A stretch of DNA of 62,989 bases, filler included, from Octopus bimaculoides (taxonomy: Eukaryota): NCBI RefSeq assembly GCF_001194135.2. It is 5 parts of 5 records of this genome, joined end to end, with 100 filler letters (N's around TTAATTAATTAA, not from the genome) between each part and the next. Parts side by side here need not be neighbours in the genome. Positions count along the whole stretch, not along the records: positions 44,314 to 53,358 come from NC_068982.1; positions 53,459 to 57,286 come from NC_068986.1; positions 57,387 to 62,989 come from NC_068990.1; 2 more parts are not named here. One strand, 5' to 3'. The number at the start of each line of letters is the position of its first letter. Positions within the stretch are counted from its first letter, which is position 1. Of this stretch, positions 51,816-62,989 are shown piece after piece. Under the pieces are notes generated by a model that did no database searches, was not told where the DNA came from, and saw only the letters and a list, made by a program, of their open reading frames with translations. The position numbers and the translations under genes are program-made.

Positions 51816-51970
51816 TTATCTATCTGTCTGTCTGTCTGTCTATCTATCTACCTGTCTGTCTGCCTGTCTGTCTATCTATCTATCAGTCTGTCCGTCTGTC
51901 TGACTGTCTGTCTGTCTGCTTATCTGTATGTATGTATGTATGTATGTATGTATGTATGTATGTATGTACT
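51680..51970. repeat. Compound tetranucleotide array (TATC)n to (TGTC)n to (TATG)n
   Basis: Directly visible. Confidence 0.95.
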
Positions 51971-52351
51971 ATTGTACATACGTACATGTGTGCGTATGCT
52001 TGTGCATGCTTGTATATATATATGTGTGTTTCGATTTTATGTACGAATTTCTTATCTTTATTATTATTTGTAGTTTAGTTCCTGTTTATTTTATTCTCTT
52101 CCTCTTCATCTCGATCTCTTTTACTTTCATCTTCATCTCTACATCTTCGTCTTCGGCTCTTTCCCCCCTCTTCATCTCATTCTCTTCCTCTTCCTCTTCA
52201 TCTTTCTCTACACTCCGTTCCATCGAACTTGCACCGACCTTCTTTGCAGACAACAAAGTTAGATAAAATAATTACTTCAAGACAACGGAGACTAATGAAT
52301 AAACAAACAACTACAATAAACAAACAAGTATAATAAATAGATAAACAGGAA

Positions 52352-52393
<42 letters not shown>

Positions 52394-52789
52394 AATGTGT
52401 GAATAGATAAATAAACAAGTCAAACAAGCGAGTAAACAAAAATAATTAAAAGAAAACCTTCGGATAGAAAACGGAAAAGCAAAAAATAAAAATTAATAAA
52501 AAACAATACAAAACAAACCAACAAACCAAAAACACCTCCCCCTCTTCATCAAAACAACAGCAACAACAAAGTGAAAATGCAATCAAATGAAAAATAAAAG
52601 CGAATAATTAATGGATATACATACATACATACATACACACGCACACACGTACACACACAACACACATACACATATATTCATTATTGTTTGTTTTTATGTC
52701 GAGTTGTAATGAAAACAATTTTACATTAACCGAAGAATTGTTCAATACATTTTGTAGAGTACATATCATGTTTCTACAAGATGTGTGGT

Positions 52790-52835
52790 AATAGTGACTT
52801 CGAAGTTTCGACCGACTGGCCTTCGTCGTACTGTC
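52790..52835 (-). ncRNA. Degenerate type-I hammerhead ribozyme-like motif
   Basis: GACAGU ACGACGA A GGCC-AGUC-GGUC GAAA CUUCGAAG UC ACUAUU: all three stems and GUC triplet present; core has two substitutions relative to CUGANGA. Confidence 0.45.
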
Positions 52836-52918
52836 TGGTGGGTACTAGCAGGCATTCATTTACATCTATCGGGCGATGTCGAAATAAAGAAACATGAACA
52901 TATATGTATATATGTATA

Positions 52919-53312
52919 GGCGCAGGAGTGGCTTGCTTACCAACCACATGATTCTGGGTTCATTCCCACTGCGTGGCACCTTGGGCAAGTGTCTTACACT
53001 ATAATCTCGGGCCGACCAAAGCCTTGTGAGTGAATAGGGTAGACGGAAAACTGAAAAGAAGCCCGTCGTATATATGTATATATATATATATGTGTGTGTA
53101 TATGTTTGTGTGTCTGTGTTTGTCCCTCCAACATCGCTTGACAACCGATGCTGGTGTGTTTACGTCCCCGTAACTTAGCGGTTCGGCAAAAGAGACCGAT
53201 ACAATAAGTACTAGGCTTCCAAACAATAAGACCTGGGGTCGATTTGCTCGACTAAAGGCGGTGCTCCAGCATTGCCACATTCAAATGACTGAAACAAGTA
53301 AAAGAGTAAAGG
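52919..53312 (+). mobile_element. SINE family B, near full length
   Basis: ggcgcaggagtggc..gggttcattcccactgcgtggcaccttgggcaagtgtc..(TA)/(TG)..ggcggtgctccagca..gaaacaagtaaaagag. Confidence 0.92.
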
Positions 53313-53458
53313 GAATAAACAGTATATAGTCATGCATATACATGTACGACGGGCTTCCNNNNNNNNNNNNNNNNNNNNNNNNNNNNNNNNNNNNNNNNNN
53401 NNTTAATTAATTAANNNNNNNNNNNNNNNNNNNNNNNNNNNNNNNNNNNNNNNNNNNN

Positions 53459-53497
<39 letters not shown>

Positions 53498-53720
53498 ATA
53501 TATACATATATATAATCAAGGTGCAGGAAAGGCGTGATCCAACAGGAACAGTAGTCCAACAGGAACAGTAATCCGAGGTACAAAAGATTCCGGCAGTTGG
53601 GTACTCCAAATCCAGTTTAAAGGCCAGGATCCGTGTGAGCGTACTTTATATAAGTTCAAAGAAGACAAAAAAAACAATAACAAAAAACAACGTGAGGACG
53701 TAAACATACATACACACAGA

Positions 53721-54070
53721 TTCTTTTATTCTTTTATTTGTTTCAAACATTTCACTGCGACCATGCTAAAGCAACGATTTTAGTCGAACAAATCGATCCC
53801 AGGACTTATTCTTTCTAAGCCTAGTAGTTCTCCTATCGGTCACTTTTGCCGGACCGCTAGATTACAGGGTCGTAAACAAACCAACATTGGTTGTCAAGCG
53901 ATGGTGGGGGACAAACACAGACACACAAACATACACACATACGCACCCCCACGCACACATACGCACGCGCGCACACACAACATATATATACGACGAGATT
54001 CTTCCAGTTTCCGTCTATCAAATCCACTCACAAGGTTTTGGTCGGTCCGAGGCTATAGTTGAAGACACTT
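53721..54070 (-). mobile_element. SINE family B lacking the head
   Basis: Reverse-complement match to 52990-53312. Confidence 0.85.
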
Positions 54071-54081
54071 TTTATCCCTAA

Positions 54082-54112
<31 letters not shown>

Positions 54113-54508
54113 TCTATCTGTCTATCTATATATAGACAAAATGGGCGCATTTGGTTTCAGTTTACTTTCCTTAGTAGTTTAACATGATATTCTATCGGAT
54201 CCTTACTAATGAAAATTAAAATTTCTTATTGGATGCTTACACACAACAGATCATCGGGGAACACTATTGTATTATGTTACAGAGAGATAAAAATCTCAAG
54301 TTGAATAGATGGCAAAATACTTTATAAGTATTTTAAGAGGGAAGCAGAAAGAAAGCAAACGGCTGAGAAAGGCAAAGACGAATGAAGCAATAAGAGAAGC
54401 AGAGAGAAGAAAGGAGAAAATAAAGAAGAGAGAGAGGAAGAAAACAAGATTGTTATTAGAGAAAGGAAAGACTGAAGTGGATAAGTATGAAAAAAAAAAC
54501 ATAAAGAT

Positions 54509-55561
54509 AGACGCAGAAGTAACTGTGTGGTGAGAAGATAGCTTCCTAACCAAATGGTTCCGGGTTCAGTCCCACTGCGTGACAACTTGGGCAAGTGTCT
54601 TCTGCTATAGCCTCGGGCCGATCAAAGCCTTGTGAGTGGATTTGGTAGAGGGAAACTAAAAGAAGCGCTCCGTGTATATATATATATATATATATATATN
54701 NNNNNNNNNNNNNNNNNNNNNNNNNNNNNNNNNNNNNNNNNNNNNNNNNNNNNNNNNNNNNNNNNNNNNNNNNNNNNNNNNNNNNNNNNNNNNNNNNNNN
54801 NNNNNNNNNNNNNNNNNNNNNNNNNNNNNNNNNNNNNNNNNNNNNNNNNNNNNNNNNNNNNNNNNNNNNNNNNNNNNNNNNNNNNNNNNNNNNNNNNNNN
54901 NNNNNNNNNNNNNNNNNNNNNNNNNNNNNNNNNNNNNNNNNNNNNNNNNNNNNNNNNNNNNNNNNNNNNNNNNNNNNNNNNNNNNNNNNNNNNNNNNNNN
55001 NNNNNNNNNNNNNNNNNNNNNNNNNNNNNNNNNNNNNNNNNNNNNNNNNNNNNNNNNNNNNNNNNNNNNNNNNNNNNNNNNNNNNNNNNNNNNNNNNNNN
55101 NNNNNNNNNNNNNNNNNNNNNNNNNNNNNNNNNNNNNNNNNNNNNNNNNNNNNNNNNNNNNNNNNNNNNNNNNNNNNNNNNNNNNNNNNNNNNNNNNNNN
55201 NNNNNNNNNNNNNNNNNNNNNNNNNNNNNNNNNNNNNNNNNNNNNNNNNNNNNNNNNNNNNNNNNNNNNNNNNNNNNNNNNNNNNNNNNNNNNNNNNNNN
55301 NNNNNNNNNNNNNNNNNNNNNNNNNNNNNNNNNNNNNNNNNNNNNNNNNNNNNNNNNNNNNNNNNNNNNNNNNNNNNNNNNNNNNNNNNNNNNNNNNNNN
55401 NNNNNNNNNNNNNNNNNNNNNNNNNNNNNNNNNNNNNNNNNNNNNNNNNNNNNNNNNNNNNNNNNNNNNNNNNNNNNNNNNNNNNNNNNNNNNNNNNNNN
55501 NNNNNNNNNNNNNNNNNNNNNNNNNNNNNNNNNNNNNNTATATATATATATAGATAGATAG

Positions 55562-55606
<45 letters not shown>

Positions 55607-55815
55607 TGTGTTGCGTCTTTGTTTGTCCCATTACCATCGCTTGACAATCGATGTTGGGGTGATTACGTACCCATAACTTTGTGGTTCGGCAAAGAGACCG
55701 ATAGAGTAAGTACAAGGCTTACAAAGAGTAAGTACTGGTGGGGATTTCTTCGACCAGAACCTTTTAAGGCGGTGCTCCAGCATGGCCGCAGTCAAATGAC
55801 AAACAAATGAAAGAA
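54509..55815 (+). mobile_element. SINE family B spanning an N gap at its internal microsatellite
   Basis: 5' half 54509-54675, gap flanked by (TA)n, 3' half 55560-55815 in the same orientation; single-copy status assumes correct scaffolding. Confidence 0.75.
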
Positions 55816-57255
55816 TACAGAAAGAAAAGGAAACAACTAAAAAGAAAAGAAAATCTCGCCATCTTTAGATTTTAACTCTCTGCAACTAATTATTAGTTAC
55901 CAATTTGTTACTCCTCCCCACCTTTGTTTTCCGGAAAAAAGTGGCTTGCAGCGGGTTTGGAGGTCAAATACGTCGGATGCACTCGAAAAAACCTGTAGAA
56001 AAAAAATATTTCACACTGAGGTACGAACGGGTCCTTTACGAAATATTTACCCATGGTTATTTATTGATGCACAAATACACAGTCTCTGTGGTTTCTCTTT
56101 CATCTGTTCATTCACTTTCCTCTCAAAGATTTTGGTGCCCCCATGTATATGTAATTCAAAATATAATCAATCAATTATAAACCATAAAATAATTTTTTAT
56201 TTTCCAAAATGAAACAAAACTAACAGTAAGATGGAAAATAATGTTTATTTTTGTATACTTCCACTTTATTTATATTTGGAAAGTTTTCTCCTGCTTCTTT
56301 TAAATGCAAAGTTTCTGATCAGATCCTCACTATGGCGCCGATCATATAAACCACTTCGAATTTTATTTTAGCAACTTTTAAATGTTTTCTTTTGTACTGT
56401 AAATCATTTATCATTTCTGTGGTGTCCCCCACCCTTCCCTTGCACTCATTATTCATACACCAAACGGACGACAGTGTATTTGAAACTAGATTTCAATATT
56501 TCTAATTATATTTACGCATTTTGTATATACGCACAATATTAAATCGGCAACACACTTCAGAATTAGTTAGATAAACTTGGAATTACCCTGCACTTAAACG
56601 GGAGTCACGAAAATTCGCTTCACACTTTGAATATTTCACGACGTACTTAACTTTCACAAAACATAAGAGCATCTTTTATTATTCATTTCTGCCTTTTATG
56701 GGCAATAATGAAACACTTTTATTATTCATTTGTACTATATAACTCACACACGGTTCAGTTTTTATTAAACAACTCGGAATATATTATTCCAATGACTTGA
56801 CTCAACAGGAAATATACTCCTACTGTTAAGTTGAAAATTGTGTTAACAAAGTCTTCAAATAACAAAGGAGCAGCAAAAATTACCGAATAAATGAAATAAG
56901 CAAAGAAAAATGAAGTCTTAAGAATAATTGTGCAATATATTCATACGCATATAAACTATTTTCTATACCAAAAACACCATGATAGGCCTGACCAATAGCC
57001 ACTACATTCCAAATAAAAATAAGAAATATCCTTAAAAAAACATTCCATTACAAAAATGTTGACATATCCAACCCAGTTATTAAGGTTTTTAATACTAGAC
57101 TTTGTACTTTTGACATTTTCCTAGTCAAAGCAAAGAATTAAAGCGAATGAAAATAACATCATGTGCCTACCTAACAAAATGGACACACCTAATCACACAC
57201 GCACTTGCTTACAAGCTCTTCGTACTTAAATTCTAAACAATAACACAACTCTAAA

Positions 57256-57286
<31 letters not shown>

Positions 57287-57569
57287 NNNNNNNNNNNNNN
57301 NNNNNNNNNNNNNNNNNNNNNNNNNNNNNNTTAATTAATTAANNNNNNNNNNNNNNNNNNNNNNNNNNNNNNNNNNNNNNNNNNNNATATACATATATCT
57401 GCTGTACCCTTTGTTTTTTCTTTTGTTTTCGTTTCTTTTCATTTTCCGTTGTTGTTATTGAATCTACAATTCTTGCTGGTATTTTCAGATGAAGATTAGA
57501 ATTTAAAATTTAATTACATTGTACTTTTTTCAATAGTTTTTGCCTTTGTTGTTTACATTCCTTTATATT

Positions 57570-57574
<5 letters not shown>

Positions 57575-57604
<30 letters not shown>

Positions 57605-57681
57605 TCGTTATCATTATTATTATTACTGTTATTTTTTTTATGGTTGTTGCTGCATCGTTTATTGTTATTGATATCACTACT

Positions 57682-57719
<38 letters not shown>

Positions 57720-57805
57720 TTACTACTACTACTTCTACTACTACTACTATTTCTACTACTACTACTACTTTTACTACTACTACTATTAGCAGCAGCAGTA
57801 GTAGT
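57575..57805. repeat. (TAA)n and (ACT)n triplet arrays
   Basis: Directly visible. Confidence 0.9.
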
Positions 57806-58119
57806 AATGTTCTTGTCATTATATTTGTTGGCTTTTCTCAGGGTGCAAGATTTGGCTAGACAAACCACTTTTGAAATAAATTATCTCGCACTTATTGCCT
57901 AAGTAAATACACCATCACCAATATCACCATCATCATCATTGTCATCATAGTTCTTAATATTTTTTAATTTTGTATTGCTATATTCTTAACTGTTGCATTT
58001 TTTAAAAATTTCTTTAATCCCAGTGTTTTTGTTACTGAAGTATCAAGTGCAAGTATGTTACTGTTATATTGTATGCTACTGTTATATTGTATAGATGGCT
58101 ATATTGGGTGCGATTCGTC

Positions 58120-58403
58120 GTCACGCGATCACGTGATCACGTCACCGACCAGGCTATCAGATGTTGCTACACATCGCTTGTCACAATGCGTTTTTTTTTG
58201 CATTGTTTTAGCCTTCAAATGACGCCACCACGCTGGCTAGCCAAGCAGTCCAACATTCTCCACCCAAATGGATGTGGGGCTGGAGCAACGTGAAATAATG
58301 TGTTGTTTTGCTCAAGAACACAACGCGCCGCCTAATCAAGGAATCGAACCCCTAATCTAGCGATCGTGAGTGCAACTGCCTAACCACTAGGCCACCACGT
58401 GCC
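58120..58403 (-). mobile_element. SINE with family D-like head and a different 3' tail
   Basis: Head tggcctagtggttagg..gggttcgattcc..tgttcttgagcaaaacaac..cgttgctccag shared with 14855-14980; tail unrelated, ending in cacgtgat repeats. Confidence 0.75.
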
Positions 58404-58500
58404 TTCGTCTTACTAATGAATTATTATAATTTGAGGCTAATTATGCCGCTATTATGTCTTATTCCAAGTGTGGGCCCTAATCAAGGTAATTTACGTTTTG

Positions 58501-58929
58501 TCTTTTACTTGTTTAAGTCATTAGACTGCGGACATGCTGGGGCACTGTCTTGAGGGGTTTTTTTTTCAGTCGAACAAATTCAGCCCAGGACTTATTTTAT
58601 TTAAGCCTGGTATTTTATTCTATCAGTTTCCTTTACCAAATCGTTAATTTGTGACGTAAACACACCAACACCGATTGTCAAGTAGTGGTGGGGGACAAAC
58701 ACATACACAAAGACATACAGGTACAAAGATACACACACATACACATGTATATAATACGCACACTTATGTATATACAACAGCCCTTTATCAGTTTCCGTCT
58801 ACCAAATCCACTCACGAAGCTTTGACCGGCTCGAGGCTACAGTATAAGTCTTGCCCAAGGTGCCCTGCAATGGGACTGAAGTCGGAAGCATATAGCTGGG
58901 AAGCAAGCTTACTACATACAACCTGTGCC
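58501..58929 (-). mobile_element. SINE family B, full length, diverged
   Basis: Reverse-complement match along the whole of 52919-53312. Confidence 0.85.
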
Positions 58930-59019
58930 TGTATGTAGACATTACATTCGTCTGTTATATAGTAGACTTCCTTGTAACCTCTTCATATTTTGTGTAGATA
59001 TCGTGTAGACTCTTGTCAT

Positions 59020-59420
59020 TGTTTTAGTGTCACCATTTTAGTTTAGTGTTAGTTTCTCATGCTATTTCGCGGTTTTCGCGTTCTTTTATTGCAATTGCCT
59101 GTTCATCTTTAGTGTGCTTTCCTGTTCTTCTTTTAACGCAGTTTTCTGTTCTTGTTTCAGTGTGGTTTCCTGCATTTCTTTTCGTGTGTTGCAGTGTTTT
59201 GTTTTTCTTTACCGTAATTTCATCTCATTGTTTTTGTGTAGTTTCCTGTTCGTATTTTAGTGTGGGTTCATGTTCTTCTTTCAGTGCGTTGTTTTATTTT
59301 CTTTATAAGTGCAGTTTCCTGTTTGCTTGCTTTTTCTTTTCTTTTTTTTTTGCGTGTGATACTTTCGTAGTTTCTTTCATGTGTTATTCTAGTGTTGTTT
59401 ATTTTTATTGCATTCGTGTC
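59020..59420 (-). repeat. Decayed 24-bp minisatellite reading as EEQETTLK-like 8-aa units
   Basis: Minus strand: LKEEHEPTLKYEQETTQK, EMQETTLKQEQKTALKEEQESTLK with frameshifts and stops. Confidence 0.65.
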
Positions 59421-59838
59421 TCGCGCATTTATTTCCCCACTTCTCAGTTACTCAAATCCTGGGCTGAGCAATTATTCCTCTAAAATAATAATCATTTTAG
59501 TAAATTCACAAGCTCTTACATTGGTCAAACAGAACCAATTGATTACATCACCTCCGGTGCTTGGTAAAGTAATTGTTCAATCGATTCCGGAAGCATGAAA
59601 ATAAAAGATGATTTGAGCAAGATTGAACTCAAAAGGTTTAGGGTGGCATATAAATACCCAAGAAATTTATCAAACGCCCGCCAATCTACATATGATATTC
59701 AATTGTATCATTAACAGAAAATCATGCGTTTTCTTTCTGCACTTTTTTGTTTGTGCGACGAATAAAATAATCTCTTTCGTTTTACTTAATTAGTACAACC
59801 TTACACAAGTCACAAACAAAAACTTCTTTCAGACTCAC

Positions 59839-60039
59839 CACTGCCTGTCCAGTAACGACTATGAAAATGAATCTAAGTTCTACAACCAATTGAGTCAACC
59901 ATTTTTGATAGCTCCTCTTCTTCTGAGCACATGCAGGACGATTTCGATATGCCTCTAATTTTCGTTAAATTCTTCAATTTCTTAATCTCTTTACGGGTAT
60001 GTGTCCTCATCTGCATTAACATACGACGTGTCGAATTAC
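59839..60039 (-). other. Candidate 201-nt phase 1-1 exon with one in-frame TAG
   Basis: Acceptor tacttttcccccag, donor GTG/gtgagt; frame GNSTRRMLMQ..SIGCRT*IHFHSRYWTGS. Confidence 0.3.
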
Positions 60040-60298
60040 CTGGGGGAAAAGTACACAAAGCTTGCTATGCAAAGAACATTGTGTAGGTGTATCAAACATG
60101 AATATATATATCGTAAATATAATTTTAAATGAAATCAAGGAAATGGCTTGTTATATTAATTATACGGATAATTATTTCATACTTACAGCAAAAGGTTTTT
60201 ACTTTTACCATTAAACGATTGAAGAGAAGGGCTCAATAAATAGAAAAGAGATTTAAAGCGATAACACATGCGAAAATATATAATCTCATTTATAATTA

Positions 60299-60361
<63 letters not shown>

Positions 60362-60544
60362 CATGCGCTTGCAGAAAATTTATGGAAGTTCACATTGCAT
60401 ACGCATATGTGTGTGCATGTATGTGTGTGTGTGTGTGAGTGTATTATTATATGCATGCGTGTATGAATACATTGTGTATATATGCATATATACATGCAGA
60501 TATACATGCATACCTACATATATATATATATATANNNNNNNNNN

Positions 60545-60657
60545 GCCTTTCATCCTTTCGGGTCGATAAATTAAGTACCAGTTGCACACTGGGGCCAATG
60601 TAATCGACAGGCCTCCTCTCCAAAAGTTTCGGACCCTATGACTAGAGTAGAAAAGAA
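60545..60657 (+). mobile_element. SINE family A, 3' part
   Basis: gcctttcatcctttcgggtcgataaattaagtaccag after gap. Confidence 0.85.
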
Positions 60658-60825
60658 TATTTAGCAGAAGTAACAGAATGACTGAAGGTCTATTCGAACG
60701 CACGAAACTCTCGGATGCTGAGTCACTGTTACTTCTACTAAACATTAGTAAAAATATACATATACTCATATTTTGAGTTTTATTTTCCCGTTTGTACCAA
60801 CATATATATATGAATTGTTTGTATG

Positions 60826-61374
60826 CACGGCAAAATGCTTAGTGGTATTTCATCCGCCTTTACATTCTAAGTGTGGAGGCGCAATTGCCCAGTGTTTAGA
60901 GCAGCGGATCCGCGGTCATAGGATCGCGGTTTCGATTCCCAGACCGGGCGTTGAGTGTTTATTGAGCGAAAACACCTAAAGCTCCACAAGGATCCGGCAG
61001 GGGATGGTGGCGAATCCTGCTGTATTCTTTCATCACAACTTTCTCTCACTCTTTCTTCCTGTTTCTGTTGTACCTGTATTCAAAGGGTTAGCCTTCTTAC
61101 AACCTGTGTCACGCTGAATCTCCTCGAGAACTACGTTAAGGATACACGTGTCTGTGGAGGGCTCAGCCACTTGCACGTTAATTTCACGAGCAGGCTATTC
61201 CGTTGATCGGATCAACTGGAACCCTCGACGTCGTAAGCGACGGCGTGCCACGACACTCTAAGTTCAAATTTCATCCTCTCGTAATCTATAAAATAAGTAC
61301 CAGTTAAGTCCTGGTCCACGTAATCGACTTATCCACGCCCACAAAATTGCTGGCCTTGCGCCAAAATTTGAAAC
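60826..61374 (+). mobile_element. SINE family A interrupted by family C
   Basis: A sequence breaks at acattctaagt and resumes at acactctaagttcaaat. Confidence 0.8.
60873..61256 (+). mobile_element. SINE family C, full length, nested
   Basis: Close match to 41892-42278; duplication tctaagt at 60866-60872 and 61257-61263 (11 bp with one mismatch if extended). Confidence 0.92.
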
Positions 61375-62014
61375 AAATTATTATTATTGATTAAAACCCT
61401 TGAAGCTGAAGCGGCATGACTTTGCTTCATCTAGTGAACGAGTATAAAAGTATACGTATATCAGCGATTTATTAAAATTAACATAATAGGTTAATTTCTA
61501 CTATAAAATGTTAACATAAAAGGTTTAAATGTTTCCCGTTAATTTCGAACCTAACAAGTTTTAGTTATAGAACCACAATTATTACAGTAGCTTCTTTTTT
61601 TTTTTTTTTTTTTTTTTTTTNNNNNNNNNNNNNNNNNNNNNNNNNNNNNNNNNNNNNNNNNNNNNNNNNNNNNNNNNNNNNNNNNNNNNNNNNNNNNNNN
61701 NNNNNNNNNNNNNNNNNNNNNNNNNNNNNNNNNNNNNNNNNNNNNNNNNNNNNNNNNNNNNNNNNNNNNNNNNNNNNNNNNNNNNNNNNNNNNNNNNNNN
61801 NNNNNNNNNNNNNNNNNNNNNNNNNNNNNNNNNNNNNNNNNNNNNNNNNNNNNNNNNNNNNNNNNNNNNNNNNNNNNNNNNNNNNNNNNNNNNNNNNNNN
61901 NNNNNNNNNNNNNNNNNNNNNNNNNNNNNNNNNATATATATATACGCACACACGCACACATTCACATACATACACACAGTTTTATATATTACAGGTATAC
62001 CATAATAGCATATA

Positions 62015-62056
<42 letters not shown>

Positions 62057-62722
62057 TAAGTACCTTCCTATGCACATATCTATGAACGTATGTATATATG
62101 TTCTCATGTAAATGTCCAATGCAAACACGCACACATACTTGTAGAATGATAACCACATGTTGACATACTTAAAACTAATGAAACTTCTACACAAGAAAGA
62201 GGCACACAAACACTATACTCGCATACACATACATACATACATACATACATGCATGCATACATACATACATACATACACTGAACCACACGCCATTATATTT
62301 ACTCATAAATGCCTACACTGACTGGCAAAATCATATACAGACACCAACTTGGACACATATACACATATACATGCATATGCGCATACTCATACGCATAGAG
62401 ATAAAGTAACTACAAGCACAGTAAATGTGCAAATGTATAAATAATGCTTGAATATATCAGATACAGGTTGTGGTAGACGGTCTGTGTAACCCATTTGAAC
62501 ACATTTGCATTTCTGTGATTCGTACCGAAATATTTATTACGTACATAATCTCACTCTTCTTCATGTTAATATGTATATGAGATCTTTATGTTGCGGCATG
62601 CGAGATAGGATATTTATATTTGTAATATTTCATAGTTGATATCAGATGACTGCTTTCATAATTAGCAGATAAATCCGGTCGAAAATAAATGAATAAACAG
62701 ATTTAAATATGAGTATGTGTGG

Positions 62723-62764
<42 letters not shown>

Positions 62765-62942
62765 GTGTGTGTGTGTGTGTGAATATGTATATGTATCAGA
62801 AAGAAGTACATAAATAAATGAACGTAGAAGCAACATAAAATAATATATTAGCCTCATCTCAATCAGTGCCAGTTCTAAGATATGTATTAATAGGTATGCT
62901 ATTGCACACATATGTACAGCAGACAATACGTATATACATTGT

Positions 62943-62989
<47 letters not shown>

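Noticed and set aside
54309-54533. K/E/R-rich 74-aa ORF
   Set aside because: Purine-rich low-complexity sequence without splice or homology support.
56110-56480. Possible DNA transposon remnant (EDLIRNFAFKRSRRKL on minus; Tc1-like end ttttggtgcccccatgta)
   Set aside because: Only short ambiguous matches, no partner TIR or catalytic motif.

Overview
AT-rich, microsatellite-dense eukaryotic genomic DNA with many N gaps. The repeat families suggest an octopus/coleoid cephalopod draft scaffold (inference from recalled SINE motifs, not a database hit). No intact protein-coding gene, rRNA, tRNA or CRISPR array can be supported; nearly all ORFs in the track are microsatellite, N-run or decayed transposon artefacts. 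The window is a patchwork of tRNA-derived SINEs (families here labelled A, B, C, D, E; several with clean target-site duplications and nested insertions), decayed LINEs (CR1-like, R4/Dong-like REL elements abutting (TAA)n tracts, Tx1/L1-like, RTE-like), a piggyBac remnant, an internally deleted Helitron, two inverted-repeat elements, a few decayed coding-like repeats and isolated exon-like segments. The most interesting observation is a tRNA-headed SINE-like element (40786-41102, minus) carrying a minimal type-I hammerhead ribozyme of the kind known from Penelope-like elements; a second, degenerate hammerhead motif lies at 52790-52835. Element boundaries are approximate unless fixed by a target-site duplication.
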